DNA of 64,000 bases, taken from positions 201 through 64,200 of the forward strand of contig JAHBST010000002.1 of the NCBI GenBank assembly GCA_019638975.1, given 5' to 3'. A program made the position numbers and the translations under genes. Source of the stretch: Cryobacterium sp. GTDB taxonomy: Bacteria; Actinomycetota; Actinomycetes; Actinomycetales; Microbacteriaceae. A model generated the notes under the pieces. The model searched no databases. It had not been told where the DNA came from and was given only the letters and a program-made list of their open reading frames with translations. Below, in pieces: positions 10,937 through 21,372 of this stretch; the stretch's first letter is position 1; every line of letters begins with the position of its first letter.

Positions 10937-11838
10937 ACGAAGTCAATCCTTGATGATGAATTGGCAATCATGCCAACCCCACGAATTTTGGTTCGGCGTA
11001 GATCACTTAGGGAGCTATTCCCCACCTTGGGTGCCCGGAGGTGCAGGTTCAACTGGATCCGAATCTTCGGTGCAAAACGAAGTGGAGCGACCGTCTTCAA
11101 ACTGATTTTGCCTTGCCCGGAAGGCAAACCCGACATCAACGTTCCGAGCGCCCAAAAGAGTAGCTCCTGCCAACATTGGAGCGTTTTTGTTGAGGATTGC
11201 GGGGTCATCCAAATTAAGTTCGCCGAGAGGGTCGAAGAGAGCAAGTATGAAAGGGGCATCGAGCAGACTCCGCGAGTCGGGGTCACTTGCATTGCCGGGC
11301 GAATGGGTGACCCCCCAAAACACAACAACTACTGCCTATTCCAGCACGGCACTTGATGAAAGGCGAGCGCTCTTTGAACACATGTCGCCTCGAAACGAAA
11401 AAAGATCGCCGGGAACTACCAATAGGCATGTTAAAACCATGGGAGACGCCCACTCGGGCAGCCGCGCCAGACTGATAGTTATGCACGACAAATCGTATGA
11501 GTACCTACACCTGTGCCGCGGTAAGCCAGACGAAAATGCGACCTAGGCAATCCGCCTGTTGAACCACATTGTCTCGGGGCAGAGAAATCACTGTTTCCAC
11601 TCGTAGGGCTAGTCGAGTGTCGGTGCGGCCTTGCTCACCAATTGCTCGGAGCACGGCTTTTACCAAGCCACCGAAAATTGGAATCACGCGCGTTGGGCAG
11701 AACTCGGCGCGCGTGACCCCGGCACGCACGAAGTGACAGTGTGTTGGGTTATGCGCCAATCTCATTCAATAACCCAGGCACGTGCGCCTTACCGGGGTCA
11801 ATTTTTAAACTTTGCCGGCCGGAAGCGGAATTGAATGC

Positions 11839-12711
11839 CTACGTGCTTCTCCCATTTTGCAGCTTCACCAGATAATCACCGTATCCGCTCTTCGCGAGTG
11901 GCTCAGCAAGGGCCGCGAGCTGGGCATCCGTGATCCACCCTTGCCGCCATGCTGACTCCTCGATGCAGCCAATCTTGTGCCCCTGGCGAGCCTCGATGAC
12001 GCGCACAAACTCCGTCGCATGCACCATCGACTCGATGGTTCCCGTGTCAAGCCACACTGTGCCGCGGTCGAGCACCTCTACGTGAAGTTGCCCCCGCCGA
12101 AGGAAGTCCGCGTTCACGTCGCTGATTTCGTACTCTCCCCGGTCACTCGGCCGGACGGCCCCGGCGACTTCAACGACCGAATTGTCGTAAAAGTAGAGAC
12201 CAGGGACGACGAACTTGCTCTTCGGCTTTGCTGGCTTCTCCTCGATGCTGACGGCAACGCCGCTCTCACCAAACTCGACGACACCGTACGCGCTGGGGTT
12301 CGCAACCTCGTAGGCGAAGATGAGCCCGCCCTCGACATCGCGATGTTCAGAAAGCAGCGTTCCGAGGCCGAAACCGTGGAAGATATTGTCGCCGAGCACA
12401 AGGGCGACCCGATCACCCCCGATGAAGTCTGCCCCGATGACGAATGCCTGGGCTAGACCGTTCGGTACCTCCTGCACCGCATATTCGAGATGCATGCCAA
12501 GCTCAGCCCCATCGCCGAGGAGACGCTCGAATGCACTCCGATCCTCCGGGGTCGTAATGATGAGGATGTCCCGGATGCCCGCATCCATGAGCGTGGACAG
12601 CGGGTAGTAGATCATCGGCTTGTCGTAGATGGGCATGAGCTGCTTGGAGATGCCCCGCGTGATCGGGTGCAGCCGTGTACCTGAGCCTCCAGCGAGGATG
12701 ATTCCTTTCAC
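11839..12711 (-). CDS. rmlA: Glucose-1-phosphate thymidylyltransferase
   Basis: [40 protein letters not shown]; GTG start at 12711 overlaps the rmlC stop (GTGA). Confidence 0.97.
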   Translation of the reverse strand: MKGIILAGGSGTRLHPITRGISKQLMPIYDKPMIYYPLSTLMDAGIRDILIITTPEDRSAFERLLGDGAELGMHLEYAVQEVPNGLAQAFVIGADFIGGDRVALVLGDNIFHGFGLGTLLSEHRDVEGGLIFAYEVANPSAYGVVEFGESGVAVSIEEKPAKPKSKFVVPGLYFYDNSVVEVAGAVRPSDRGEYEISDVNADFLRRGQLHVEVLDRGTVWLDTGTIESMVHATEFVRVIEARQGHKIGCIEESAWRQGWITDAQLAALAEPLAKSGYGDYLVKLQNGRST

Positions 12712-13322
12712 GCTCTGGCTCCGATCTGATGCGCCGAATAGACCAACTCGCACTCAACGAAGTTTGGCAGTAGTCCCCGCGCCCCGGCGTCGCTAAGTCC
12801 GGGCGCAAGTCGATCTTTCTCGGAAAGGATCAACTCCTCGGGTCTCAGCGGAAGCTCCAGAGCGAGTTCGGGATCCAGAAGTGACACCGTTCGATCAGCC
12901 TGAGGTTTGTAGACATCAGTCGTGAGGTAATTGAGCGCCGTCCCGTCCATGAGCGAAATGAATGCGTGCCCAATGCCCTCAGCCAGGAAAACAGCCACTC
13001 GGTTGTCGGCGGAAAGTTCGACCCGATCGAACTGGCCAAATGTCGGTGACCCGACGCGCAGGTCGACGACGAAATCCATCCCGGCGCCCGCGACAACTGT
13101 CACGTACTTCGCCTGGCCCGGAGGAACATCAGAATAGTGAATACCGCGGGCGACCCCGCGCGCGCTCACTGAAAGGTTCGACTGCGCGAGGTCGAATTGG
13201 CGACCGGTCGCCTCACTCAAGAGGTCAGCGCGAAACCACTCAATAAAGAGCCCCCGAGAGTCAGCATGCTGTAAGGGGGTCACCTCGAAGGCCCCGGGGA
13301 CCGCGAGCTCACGGATCTGCAC
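12708..13322 (-). CDS. rmlC: dTDP-4-dehydrorhamnose 3,5-epimerase
   Basis: [44 protein letters not shown]; TAGACT 7 nt upstream of GTG (leaderless). Confidence 0.94.
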   Translation of the reverse strand: MQIRELAVPGAFEVTPLQHADSRGLFIEWFRADLLSEATGRQFDLAQSNLSVSARGVARGIHYSDVPPGQAKYVTVVAGAGMDFVVDLRVGSPTFGQFDRVELSADNRVAVFLAEGIGHAFISLMDGTALNYLTTDVYKPQADRTVSLLDPELALELPLRPEELILSEKDRLAPGLSDAGARGLLPNFVECELVYSAHQIGARA

Positions 13323-13383
13323 GAGGTCGAGTCTATCGAGACACTCCGGGCCGCCTCGGGTGATGGCGGGCTAAACTCGCGAC

Positions 13384-14367
13384 GTGAAGATTCTTGTCAC
13401 CGGCGGAGCCGGATTCATCGGCTCGAACTTCGTGCGCCGCGCAATTGAGAACGCATTTCCTAGGCTTGAGGGTGCAACCGTCGTCGTGCTAGATGCCCTG
13501 ACCTACTCTGGCAACCTCGCGAACCTTGCCCCTGTCGCAGAGTCGCCGCGGTTTCGCTTCGTTCACGGCGATATTGGGGACGCCGCGCTCCTCGAACAAC
13601 TGCTGGCCGAGGTCGACACGGTCGTTCACTTCGCCGCGGAAACGCATGTCGACCGCTCCGTTCGCGACGCATCTATATTCGTTGAAACCAACGTGCTCGG
13701 CACTCAGCGCCTGTTGGATGCTGCCGTGCGCTCAGGCCTGTCCAGATTCGTTCACGTCTCTACGGATGAGGTATACGGCTCCATTGCCGAAGGATCGTGG
13801 ACGGAGTCCCAGCTTCTCGAACCCAATTCCCCCTATGCCGCCTCCAAGGCGGGCAGCGACCTGCTCGTGCGAAGCTACGTGAAAACCCACGGCCTGAATG
13901 CCTCGATCACACGATGCTCCAACAATTACGGGCCGTATCACTTTCCGGAGAAAATGATCCCACTCTTCGTCACGAACCTCATCGACGGGCGACATGTCCC
14001 GCTTTACGGGGATGGGAGGAATGTACGCGACTGGCTACACGTTGACGACCATTGCCAGGGCATCGCGCTCGTTCTCACCGGCGGAGCATCGGGTGAGATC
14101 TACAACATCGGCGGAGGCACGGAGCTCACCAATCGAGAACTCACCGAGTTGCTTCTCGAAACAACGGGCAGGGACTGGAGTTACGTCGACGAAGTCGAGG
14201 ATCGCCTCGGCCACGACCTGCGATATTCGTTGGACAGTTCCAGGATATCCGCGGACCTCGGATACCGCCCGCGCGTCCAGTTCGAGCAGGGAATTGCAGA
14301 AACCGTTCAGTGGTACCGCGACAATCGTGACTGGTGGGAACCGCTGAGGCACCGCGCCGCACTGTAG
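13384..14367 (+). CDS. rmlB: dTDP-glucose 4,6-dehydratase
   Basis: VTGGAGFIGSNF, HFAAETHVDRS, HVSTDEVYG, SPYAASKA, NNYGPYHFPEK, DRLGHDLRYS. Confidence 0.97.
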   Translation: MKILVTGGAGFIGSNFVRRAIENAFPRLEGATVVVLDALTYSGNLANLAPVAESPRFRFVHGDIGDAALLEQLLAEVDTVVHFAAETHVDRSVRDASIFVETNVLGTQRLLDAAVRSGLSRFVHVSTDEVYGSIAEGSWTESQLLEPNSPYAASKAGSDLLVRSYVKTHGLNASITRCSNNYGPYHFPEKMIPLFVTNLIDGRHVPLYGDGRNVRDWLHVDDHCQGIALVLTGGASGEIYNIGGGTELTNRELTELLLETTGRDWSYVDEVEDRLGHDLRYSLDSSRISADLGYRPRVQFEQGIAETVQWYRDNRDWWEPLRHRAAL

Positions 14368-14421
14368 GCGCCGCGGCCTCCAGAATGCGGATGCGGCCGC
14401 ATCTGGCAGGATTGACGCCAA

Positions 14422-15285
14422 ATGCAGCGAACCGCGAAAATCCTCGTCACGGGCGCGAACGGCATGCTCGGTCGCGACCTCGTCGCCGTCCTCGCCGACT
14501 CGCGCGTGACGGCGCTCGGGCGGCAGGAACTCGACATTCGGGATGCGGATGCCGCAGACGCCGCCGTCGCCGGCCACGATGTCGTCGTGAATTGCGCGGC
14601 CTTCACGCGCGTGGATGAGGCCGAATCGAAATCGGATGACGCGTTCGCCGTTAATGCCGCGGGTGCGGGCAATCTGGCGGCGGCGGCGGCGCGCCACGGA
14701 GCGACGCTCGTGCACGTGTCGACCGACTACGTTTTCGATGGCACCTCGAGCGTTCCGTATGCGGAAGATTCGCCGATGCGCCCCCTCTCCGTCTACGGCC
14801 GATCCAAGGCGGAAGGCGAGCGGCGTGCCGCGAGCCTCAATCCGGGCCGCACGATCGTCGTGCGCACGGCATGGCTTTACGGAGAGAACGGCCCGAGTTT
14901 TCCCTCGACGATGCTCCGACTCGCTGACCAGGGGTCGTCCATCCGGGTTGTCGACGACCAATTCGGGCAGCCGACGTGGACCCGGGACGTTGCACATCAC
15001 ATCGCGCGACTCCTGGAATCGGGGATTCACTCCGGCACGTTCCACGCGACGAACTCCGGAGCGACGAGCCGCTTCGAATTCGCCCGCGCGATTCTCCAGC
15101 TCGGCGGCTTCGACACCAACATCCTCATCCCGATTCCGAGCACTCAACTCGTCGAACGCGCAGCCAGACCGCGGTACTCTGTGCTCGGGCACGATGCATG
15201 GTCGGCCGCCGGCCTCACGCCGATGCGGGACTGGCGCTCGGCCCTCGCCGAAGCCATGGAACAGGGAGCCCTGACGACACCGTGA
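14422..15285 (+). CDS. rmlD: dTDP-4-dehydrorhamnose reductase
   Basis: VTGANGMLG, NCAAFTRVDEAE, HVSTDYVFDG, YGRSKAEGE, VVDDQFGQPT. Confidence 0.96.
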   Translation: MQRTAKILVTGANGMLGRDLVAVLADSRVTALGRQELDIRDADAADAAVAGHDVVVNCAAFTRVDEAESKSDDAFAVNAAGAGNLAAAAARHGATLVHVSTDYVFDGTSSVPYAEDSPMRPLSVYGRSKAEGERRAASLNPGRTIVVRTAWLYGENGPSFPSTMLRLADQGSSIRVVDDQFGQPTWTRDVAHHIARLLESGIHSGTFHATNSGATSRFEFARAILQLGGFDTNILIPIPSTQLVERAARPRYSVLGHDAWSAAGLTPMRDWRSALAEAMEQGALTTP

Positions 15286-16424
15286 CGACAACCCTGAACG
15301 TCATCGTCGACCAAATGGTCTCTCCCGTCCCTGGCGGGATCGGGCGCTACACCGAAGAGCTCACTCGAGAACTGATCCGCATCGCGCCGGCCGGTTGCGA
15401 CGTCGCGGGATACGTTTCGGCGTCTTCGCCTCACGATCTCGACACGTTGCGAACGCTGCTCCCCGGCATCTCTGCCATCCGTTCCAGCCGATTGCGGCGA
15501 CGCGAACTGCAGTGGGCATGGGCGCTCGGCCTTGGCCGCGCCGCAGGTCGCGGAATGGTGCACGCGCCGAGCCTGCTCGCACCGCTCGGCAGGCACAACC
15601 GGCTCGGCCAGTCCGGCGACCAGGTGATTGTCACCATCCACGACGTCGTCCCCTGGACCCATCCGGAATCGCTGACCCCCCGCGGCGTCGCGTGGCACAA
15701 AGCGATGGCGCGGCGCGCGCACCGTTACGCGGATGCCGTCATCGTCGACACCCACGCGGTAGCCGGCCAATTGAGCGAGATCATGGATTTCGGGGATCGG
15801 ATTCGCGTGATCAGCGCCGCGGTGAGTTCCAAACTCGCCTTGCCGGTCGACGTAGATGCGCGAGCAAAACAACTCGGGCTGCCTGAGAAGTACCTTCTCA
15901 GCGTCGGTACTCTCGAACCCCGCAAAGGACTCGCACCACTCGTGCAATCGCTGCGGGAGGCGAGAGACGTCGATCTTCCGCTCCTCGTCGTGGGACCGCC
16001 CGGATGGGGCGACATCGACCTCGCCAAGCTTGCGGTCGAGGCCGGGTTGCCGGATGGTCGCGTGCGAGCGATGGGGTTCCTCGCGGATGCCGACCTCGCG
16101 GTCGCCCTTCACCGGGCATCCGCGTTCGTCTTTCCGAGTCTCGCCGAAGGATTCGGGCTCCCCGTCATCGAGGCGTTCAGTCTGGGCACTCCCGTCATCC
16201 ACTCGAGCGATCCGGCCGTCGTGGAGGTCGCGGGAGGCGCCGGCATCACGGTCGATCTCGAGCCGCAGGTCTCCTACCCCGAGAGGCTCGCCGCCGCGAT
16301 CACTTCCGTCGTGAGCGATCCGGTTCTCGCGGAGCGATTACGGTTCGCCGGGATCGATCGTTCGAAAACCTTCAGCTGGCACGACTCGGCAGACAAAGTC
16401 TGGCAACTCCACGCAGACCTCTGA
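15282..16424 (+). CDS. Glycosyltransferase family 4
   Basis: GTG at 15282 overlaps the rmlD stop; PGGIGRY, VGTLEPRKG, FPSLAEGFGLPVIEA. Confidence 0.93.
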   Translation: MTTTLNVIVDQMVSPVPGGIGRYTEELTRELIRIAPAGCDVAGYVSASSPHDLDTLRTLLPGISAIRSSRLRRRELQWAWALGLGRAAGRGMVHAPSLLAPLGRHNRLGQSGDQVIVTIHDVVPWTHPESLTPRGVAWHKAMARRAHRYADAVIVDTHAVAGQLSEIMDFGDRIRVISAAVSSKLALPVDVDARAKQLGLPEKYLLSVGTLEPRKGLAPLVQSLREARDVDLPLLVVGPPGWGDIDLAKLAVEAGLPDGRVRAMGFLADADLAVALHRASAFVFPSLAEGFGLPVIEAFSLGTPVIHSSDPAVVEVAGGAGITVDLEPQVSYPERLAAAITSVVSDPVLAERLRFAGIDRSKTFSWHDSADKVWQLHADL

Positions 16425-16427
16425 CGG

Positions 16428-17765
16428 TCAGGGTTTGGGCGACGCGCCGCCCTTGGCGATCGCCGCGTCGATTGCCGCGGCGATCTTCGAATAGTCCGGA
16501 TGCGCCGGGTTGAATTCGGGCGGAACGAGTTCGAGCTTCGTGACCGGCAGCTTGCGCGACTTTGCCGCGAGGTCAACGAACAGGCCGAGCATCACGGCGG
16601 GAATGTCCGTCTTGACGACTTGCCGGCCGGCGGCCGCGACATCCTGGAATTTCACGAGAACGTTCGCGGGAGTGAATTGATGCAAAATGGCCTCTTGCAC
16701 GTCGCGTTGGCGCGCCATCCTCGCGAAGTCGTTGCTCGCATATCGCGAGCGCGCGTACCACAGGGCCGTCGGTCCATTGAGGTGCTGGACTCCCGCCTCG
16801 ACCCAGCCGAAGGGCTTCGCCCCCGGAATTTCCGCGGCAAGCGGCGTGCGTTCGGGGACGGTGAGCGTTATCCCGCCGAGCGCATCGATGAGGTCGGAGA
16901 AACCCTTCATGTCGATGAGGACGAAATACTGAAGTTTCAAGCCGGTCATCGCCTCGACCGAGTCGCGCATGGCTTCGATTCCGGGTAAGGAACCGTGGTC
17001 CACGGCATCCGGGTACAAGTCGGGATGCTCTTGCCCGTACGTGTAGAGGTAATCGAGAAGGCAATCATCTCCGCAGTCGTATCCGTTGGGGAACGGCCCG
17101 TACAGCGGCGACCCTTTCGAAAACGGGATTTGCTCCGAATTGCGGGGGACGCCGATGAGCACGGTCGCCCCGGTCTGCGCATCGACGCTCGCGACGGAAA
17201 TGCTGTCGGGTCGCAAGCCCTCGCGATCCGGCCCGGCATCTCCGCCGAGAAGGAGGATGTTGTATCGGCCGTCGACGGGAGCGGTGTATTCGCCGCTGTC
17301 GAAAATGGCCGACAACGTCGACCGCGTGGTTCCCGCAACCATTGCGCCGTAGCTTGCCGCGCCCGCCGTGCCGATCATTCCGACGATCGCGAGCGCGGCG
17401 ACGAACGCGCGCGCGGTGCGACCGACCTTCACGAGGCGAACCAGGCGCAGGGAATCCAGAGTGAACACAACCCACACGATCGCGTAACCGGTCAGCCCGA
17501 CCTGCAGGACCCACAACATGATCGAGTTCGATGCGACGGTGTACAAGGCGACCGGCCACAGCCAATAGAGAATGAGCGCGACAAGCCCGGTGCCCCAGAA
17601 GATCAAAGTCGTGATGACGCCGAACCGGCCGAATCGCCGATTTCCGGCAAGAATCTGGGCCGACCCCGGGATGAGAAGGTTCACGACGACGAGCCACCAG
17701 GCGCGCTTCGTCATGGCGGCCGGAGAGGCGGTATCGGGAAAGCGAACCGGACTGGTTGCGCTCAC
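16428..17765 (-). CDS. LCP (LytR-CpsA-Psr) family glycopolymer ligase
   Basis: N-terminal TMs, [33 protein letters not shown]; GTG start overlaps the purE stop. Confidence 0.92.
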   Translation of the reverse strand: MSATSPVRFPDTASPAAMTKRAWWLVVVNLLIPGSAQILAGNRRFGRFGVITTLIFWGTGLVALILYWLWPVALYTVASNSIMLWVLQVGLTGYAIVWVVFTLDSLRLVRLVKVGRTARAFVAALAIVGMIGTAGAASYGAMVAGTTRSTLSAIFDSGEYTAPVDGRYNILLLGGDAGPDREGLRPDSISVASVDAQTGATVLIGVPRNSEQIPFSKGSPLYGPFPNGYDCGDDCLLDYLYTYGQEHPDLYPDAVDHGSLPGIEAMRDSVEAMTGLKLQYFVLIDMKGFSDLIDALGGITLTVPERTPLAAEIPGAKPFGWVEAGVQHLNGPTALWYARSRYASNDFARMARQRDVQEAILHQFTPANVLVKFQDVAAAGRQVVKTDIPAVMLGLFVDLAAKSRKLPVTKLELVPPEFNPAHPDYSKIAAAIDAAIAKGGASPKP

Positions 17766-18256
17766 GTCGAGGACTGGATGGCCGCGTCCTTCTCCGCGAC
17801 CGAGGACTCGAGAGCTTCGGCAAAGTCTGCGAGTTTGTCCGCGAGCGCGGAATCGGATGCCGCGAGCATACGCACGGCGAGGAGGCCGGCATTGCGCGCT
17901 CCACCGATCGACACCGTCGCAACGGGCACTCCGGCCGGCATTTGCACGATGGACAAAAGCGAGTCGAGCCCGTCGAGGTAGGCGAGAGGAACCGGAACGC
18001 CGATGACGGGGAGCGTGGTCACGGATGCGAGCATGCCGGGCAAGTGCGCGGCGCCCCCTGCGCCCGCGATGATGCACTTGAGGCCCCGCTCAGCGGCACC
18101 TTTGCCGAATGCGATCATCTGCTCCGGAGCGCGATGCGCGGAAATCACGTGAACCTCGTGTTCGACGGCGAACTCGGTGAGAGCTCGAGCGGCATCGCCC
18201 ATGACACTCCAATCGGAGTCCGAGCCCATGACGACGGCGACAAGAGGTTGCGGCAT
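17762..18256 (-). CDS. purE: N5-CAIR mutase
   Basis: [41 protein letters not shown]; TAACAT 7 nt before ATG 18256. Confidence 0.97.
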   Translation of the reverse strand: MPQPLVAVVMGSDSDWSVMGDAARALTEFAVEHEVHVISAHRAPEQMIAFGKGAAERGLKCIIAGAGGAAHLPGMLASVTTLPVIGVPVPLAYLDGLDSLLSIVQMPAGVPVATVSIGGARNAGLLAVRMLAASDSALADKLADFAEALESSVAEKDAAIQSST

Positions 18257-18335
18257 GGTCACCATGTTAGGCGGGATGTGCCGTCAGCCGACCCAGTTCG
18301 GATGGCGATTCTCGGCGCTAAAATAGGTCACCCCG

Positions 18336-19604
18336 ATGTCGACGAAAGACAAAGCGATGAGCAATCCAACGGTATCCGGAACCGTCGTGATCGGGCACGT
18401 CCGCACGACTCGCGAAGTCGACGCAACGCTCATCGAGTCGGATATCGAATGGGACGATCGACGCTTTCCGCTGTGGATCCGGATTCCCGGACGCGTTTCC
18501 CACAACGACTCGTTCGCGGACATCTTCGTGCCACTGGCGATCTTTCCGGCGCTCCGTGGCGGTGGCGTGCTCCGGAGCACAGACGCGGTGTCGCCCATGC
18601 TCGCGGCATCCGTCGCCGAAATTCAGACGATCATGACCGCGTGGTATCCCGGCGACTTCCGCCGCTTCGCTTTGGAGGCGCCGTTGCGGCACGGCGACCA
18701 GCGACCGCATGACGGCGTCGCATCGTGCTTCACGGGAGGAGTCGACTCCTTTCACACGCTCGCCCGAAACCGCGGCGACATCACGAGTCTGGTCTTTGCA
18801 CGCGGGCTTGACATCCCGCTCGAGGAACGCGACTTCTTCCACATGGTCTCTTCGAGACTGCGCGAAGCTGCTCACGGCCTCTCGTTGCCACTTCTTGAGC
18901 CGGAGTCCAATTTTCGTTCGATCCTCGACGCCTCGGGCCTGTGGCTCGAACACACGCATGGCGCCGCGATCGCGAGCAATGCCCTCGCTCTCGCGCCGCA
19001 ACACTTCTCGAAGCTGTATATCCCGTCGACGCAAAGCTACCGTTACATCGGACCGCTCGGTTCGCACCCGATGCTCGACTCGTTGTGGAGCACGGAATAC
19101 CTCCGGATCGACCATGACAGCTTCGGCGTCGACCGTGCCCACAAGACGGCGGAAATCGCGCACAGCGAGGAGGCGCGGCGATATCTTCGCGTGTGCTGGG
19201 AGTCACGGTCGGGCTACAACTGCGGAGTGTGCGAGAAGTGCACGCGCACGATGATCGGTCTCGAACTCGCCGGAGTTCTCGACCGATTCGGGACATTCCC
19301 GGACACACTCGATCTGCACCGCGTCGAGACGATGAGGCTCAGTGATGAGAGCAAGATCGATATGGTGCAGGACAGTCTCGATATCGCGCGAGAACGGCCG
19401 GGAAACGAGGATCTCGTCGCCGCGCTTGAGCTGGCGATCGCCCGGGGACGAGCCCACATCAGGACGCAGAAGTTCTCGGATCTCGCCAGGCTCAACTCGC
19501 ACGCTGATGAGCGGAGTTTCGCAATCGATGAACTCTGGAAACATTCGACGAAGGAAATGGTTCGGCGCATGCCGCGGGCAATAGCTTCGAAATTCAAACG
19601 CTGA
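18336..19604 (+). CDS. Uncharacterised PP-loop (adenine nucleotide alpha-hydrolase-like) protein with C-terminal Cys cluster
   Basis: FTGGVDS PP-loop variant, GSHPMLD, RVCW-x6-NCGVCEKC; 422 aa with coding-like codon usage. Confidence 0.75.
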   Translation: MSTKDKAMSNPTVSGTVVIGHVRTTREVDATLIESDIEWDDRRFPLWIRIPGRVSHNDSFADIFVPLAIFPALRGGGVLRSTDAVSPMLAASVAEIQTIMTAWYPGDFRRFALEAPLRHGDQRPHDGVASCFTGGVDSFHTLARNRGDITSLVFARGLDIPLEERDFFHMVSSRLREAAHGLSLPLLEPESNFRSILDASGLWLEHTHGAAIASNALALAPQHFSKLYIPSTQSYRYIGPLGSHPMLDSLWSTEYLRIDHDSFGVDRAHKTAEIAHSEEARRYLRVCWESRSGYNCGVCEKCTRTMIGLELAGVLDRFGTFPDTLDLHRVETMRLSDESKIDMVQDSLDIARERPGNEDLVAALELAIARGRAHIRTQKFSDLARLNSHADERSFAIDELWKHSTKEMVRRMPRAIASKFKR

Positions 19605-20724
19605 GTTCGGCGGCGGTCGCTCGCGCCTCATACGCGACCGTGGCGAGGTCGTCGCCGACGGCAGTCACATGGCCGATCTTGCGCCCGGCTCGCGGGCTCT
19701 TCCCGTAATTGTGAATTCTCGCGCCCGGGTGATTGGCGAGCGCCGACGCGTATCGATCCGACATCGAACCTCCCTCGGGCCCCCCGAGAACATTGACCAT
19801 GACGGCCCAGGGCTGCCGCAAACCGGTCGCCCCGAGCGGCACGTCGAGCACCGCCCGCAAATGTTGTTCGAATTGACTCGTCGCAGAACCGTCCAGAGAC
19901 CAATGACCGGAATTGTGCGGCCTCATGGCGAGTTCATTCACGAGGATGCGCTCATCCGTCGTCTCGAAGAGCTCCACGGCAAGGACCCCCGTGACGTCGA
20001 GGCCCTCGGCGATTCCGACGGCGATCTCCAGCGCAGCATCCGCGATTCTTCCCGCGGAGGATGGCGCCGGCGCTATCACTTCGGCGCACACGCCATCCTG
20101 CTGGATGCTCTCTACGACAGGCCAGCCCCGGACCTCACCCGACGGCCTCCGCGCCACCGATTGCGCGAGTTCCCGACGAAAGTCGACGAGCTCCTCGACC
20201 AAGAGCGCACCGCCGCGGGCATCCTCCGCGAGCGCGGCGAACCAGTCGTCCGCCTCGTGGGCAGCGCGAACGATCCGCACGCCCTTTCCGTCGTACCCGC
20301 CTCGAGCGGTTTTCACGACCGCGACGCCGCGATGATCCTCAAGAAACGTCCCGAGTTCCGCCGCGCTCTCCACGGCGGCCCAGCGCGGCACCGGCATCCC
20401 GAGTCCTTCGAGCGTGCGGCGCATGAGGATCTTGTCTTGAGCGACACCCAGGGCGTCGGGGCCGGGACGAACCACAACGCCCGCCTCGATCATGGCGCGA
20501 AGCACCGATTGCGGCACGTGCTCGTGGTCGAAGGTGACGACATCCACGCTCGAACAGAATCGCAAGACCTCGTCGACGATGCGATAATCGCCGATCATGG
20601 TCGCCGCGAGCCCCGCGGACATCCCCCCGGTTTCCGCCATGACGCGAAGATCGATCCCCAAATCGATCGCCGCGGGGATCATCATGCGTGCAAGCTGGCC
20701 CCCGCCGATGACCCCGACCTTCAT
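19594..20724 (-). CDS. purK: N5-CAIR synthase
   Basis: VGVIGGGQLARM, TFDHEHVP, RGGYDGKG, NELAMRPHNSGHW, RKIGHV. Confidence 0.97.
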   Translation of the reverse strand: MKVGVIGGGQLARMMIPAAIDLGIDLRVMAETGGMSAGLAATMIGDYRIVDEVLRFCSSVDVVTFDHEHVPQSVLRAMIEAGVVVRPGPDALGVAQDKILMRRTLEGLGMPVPRWAAVESAAELGTFLEDHRGVAVVKTARGGYDGKGVRIVRAAHEADDWFAALAEDARGGALLVEELVDFRRELAQSVARRPSGEVRGWPVVESIQQDGVCAEVIAPAPSSAGRIADAALEIAVGIAEGLDVTGVLAVELFETTDERILVNELAMRPHNSGHWSLDGSATSQFEQHLRAVLDVPLGATGLRQPWAVMVNVLGGPEGGSMSDRYASALANHPGARIHNYGKSPRAGRKIGHVTAVGDDLATVAYEARATAAELSV

Positions 20725-20832
20725 GCCTTAGCCCAGTAGCGCATTCCCAGCCTTCCCGTAGATTGCGGCGATTAGACTTCGAACCGCTCGTGTCCATCTT
20801 CGCGTATCCTGACCTCGCTCGGCGGAGGCCCC

Positions 20833-21372
20833 GTGAAAGCTCTCCTGGCTCAACTCGTGCGATTCGGCGCGGTCGGCGCGGTCGGTTTCCTGGTGGATGT
20901 CTCGGTATTCAACATTCTTCGCATCACGGTGTTCTCTCCCGAGAACCTTCACGAGGGACCGGTCGTCGCCAAGGTCATTTCGACCGTGGTCGCCATCGCC
21001 GTCAACTGGGTGGGAAATCGCTATTGGACCTTCGGCCCGCATCGCAGGCCGCAAGCGCTCCGAGAGGGAATCGAGTTCGCGGTCGTCAGCGTCGGGGGGA
21101 TGTTCATCGGACTCGCGTGCCTGTGGCTTTCGCACTATGTGCTCGGCTACACCTCGTTGCTCGCCGACAACATTTCATCGAATGTCATCGGACTCGCGAT
21201 CGGCACCGCGTTCAGATTCTGGCTCTACCGCACGTGGGTGTTCCGGCCCGCGCGGAACAGTTCCGCGCCGTCAAGGACGACCGAGGGAGCGGTACTCCCA
21301 GCCGGCTTCACGCCAGCGCACCGAATCCAGGCAGTTGCGCCCATCGATGATGGCGCGGTCGGCAACGATTGA
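20833..21372 (+). CDS. GtrA family membrane protein
   Basis: RFGAVGAVGFLVD, AKVIS, NWVGNRYWTF, FRFWLYRTWVF; tail overlaps ugd by ~100 bp. Confidence 0.88.
   Translation: MKALLAQLVRFGAVGAVGFLVDVSVFNILRITVFSPENLHEGPVVAKVISTVVAIAVNWVGNRYWTFGPHRRPQALREGIEFAVVSVGGMFIGLACLWLSHYVLGYTSLLADNISSNVIGLAIGTAFRFWLYRTWVFRPARNSSAPSRTTEGAVLPAGFTPAHRIQAVAPIDDGAVGND

Noticed and set aside
21271-21372. 102-bp convergent overlap of the gtrA-like gene and ugd as a regulatory feature
   Set aside because: The GtrA tail beyond WVF looks unstructured; most simply a stop-codon shift.
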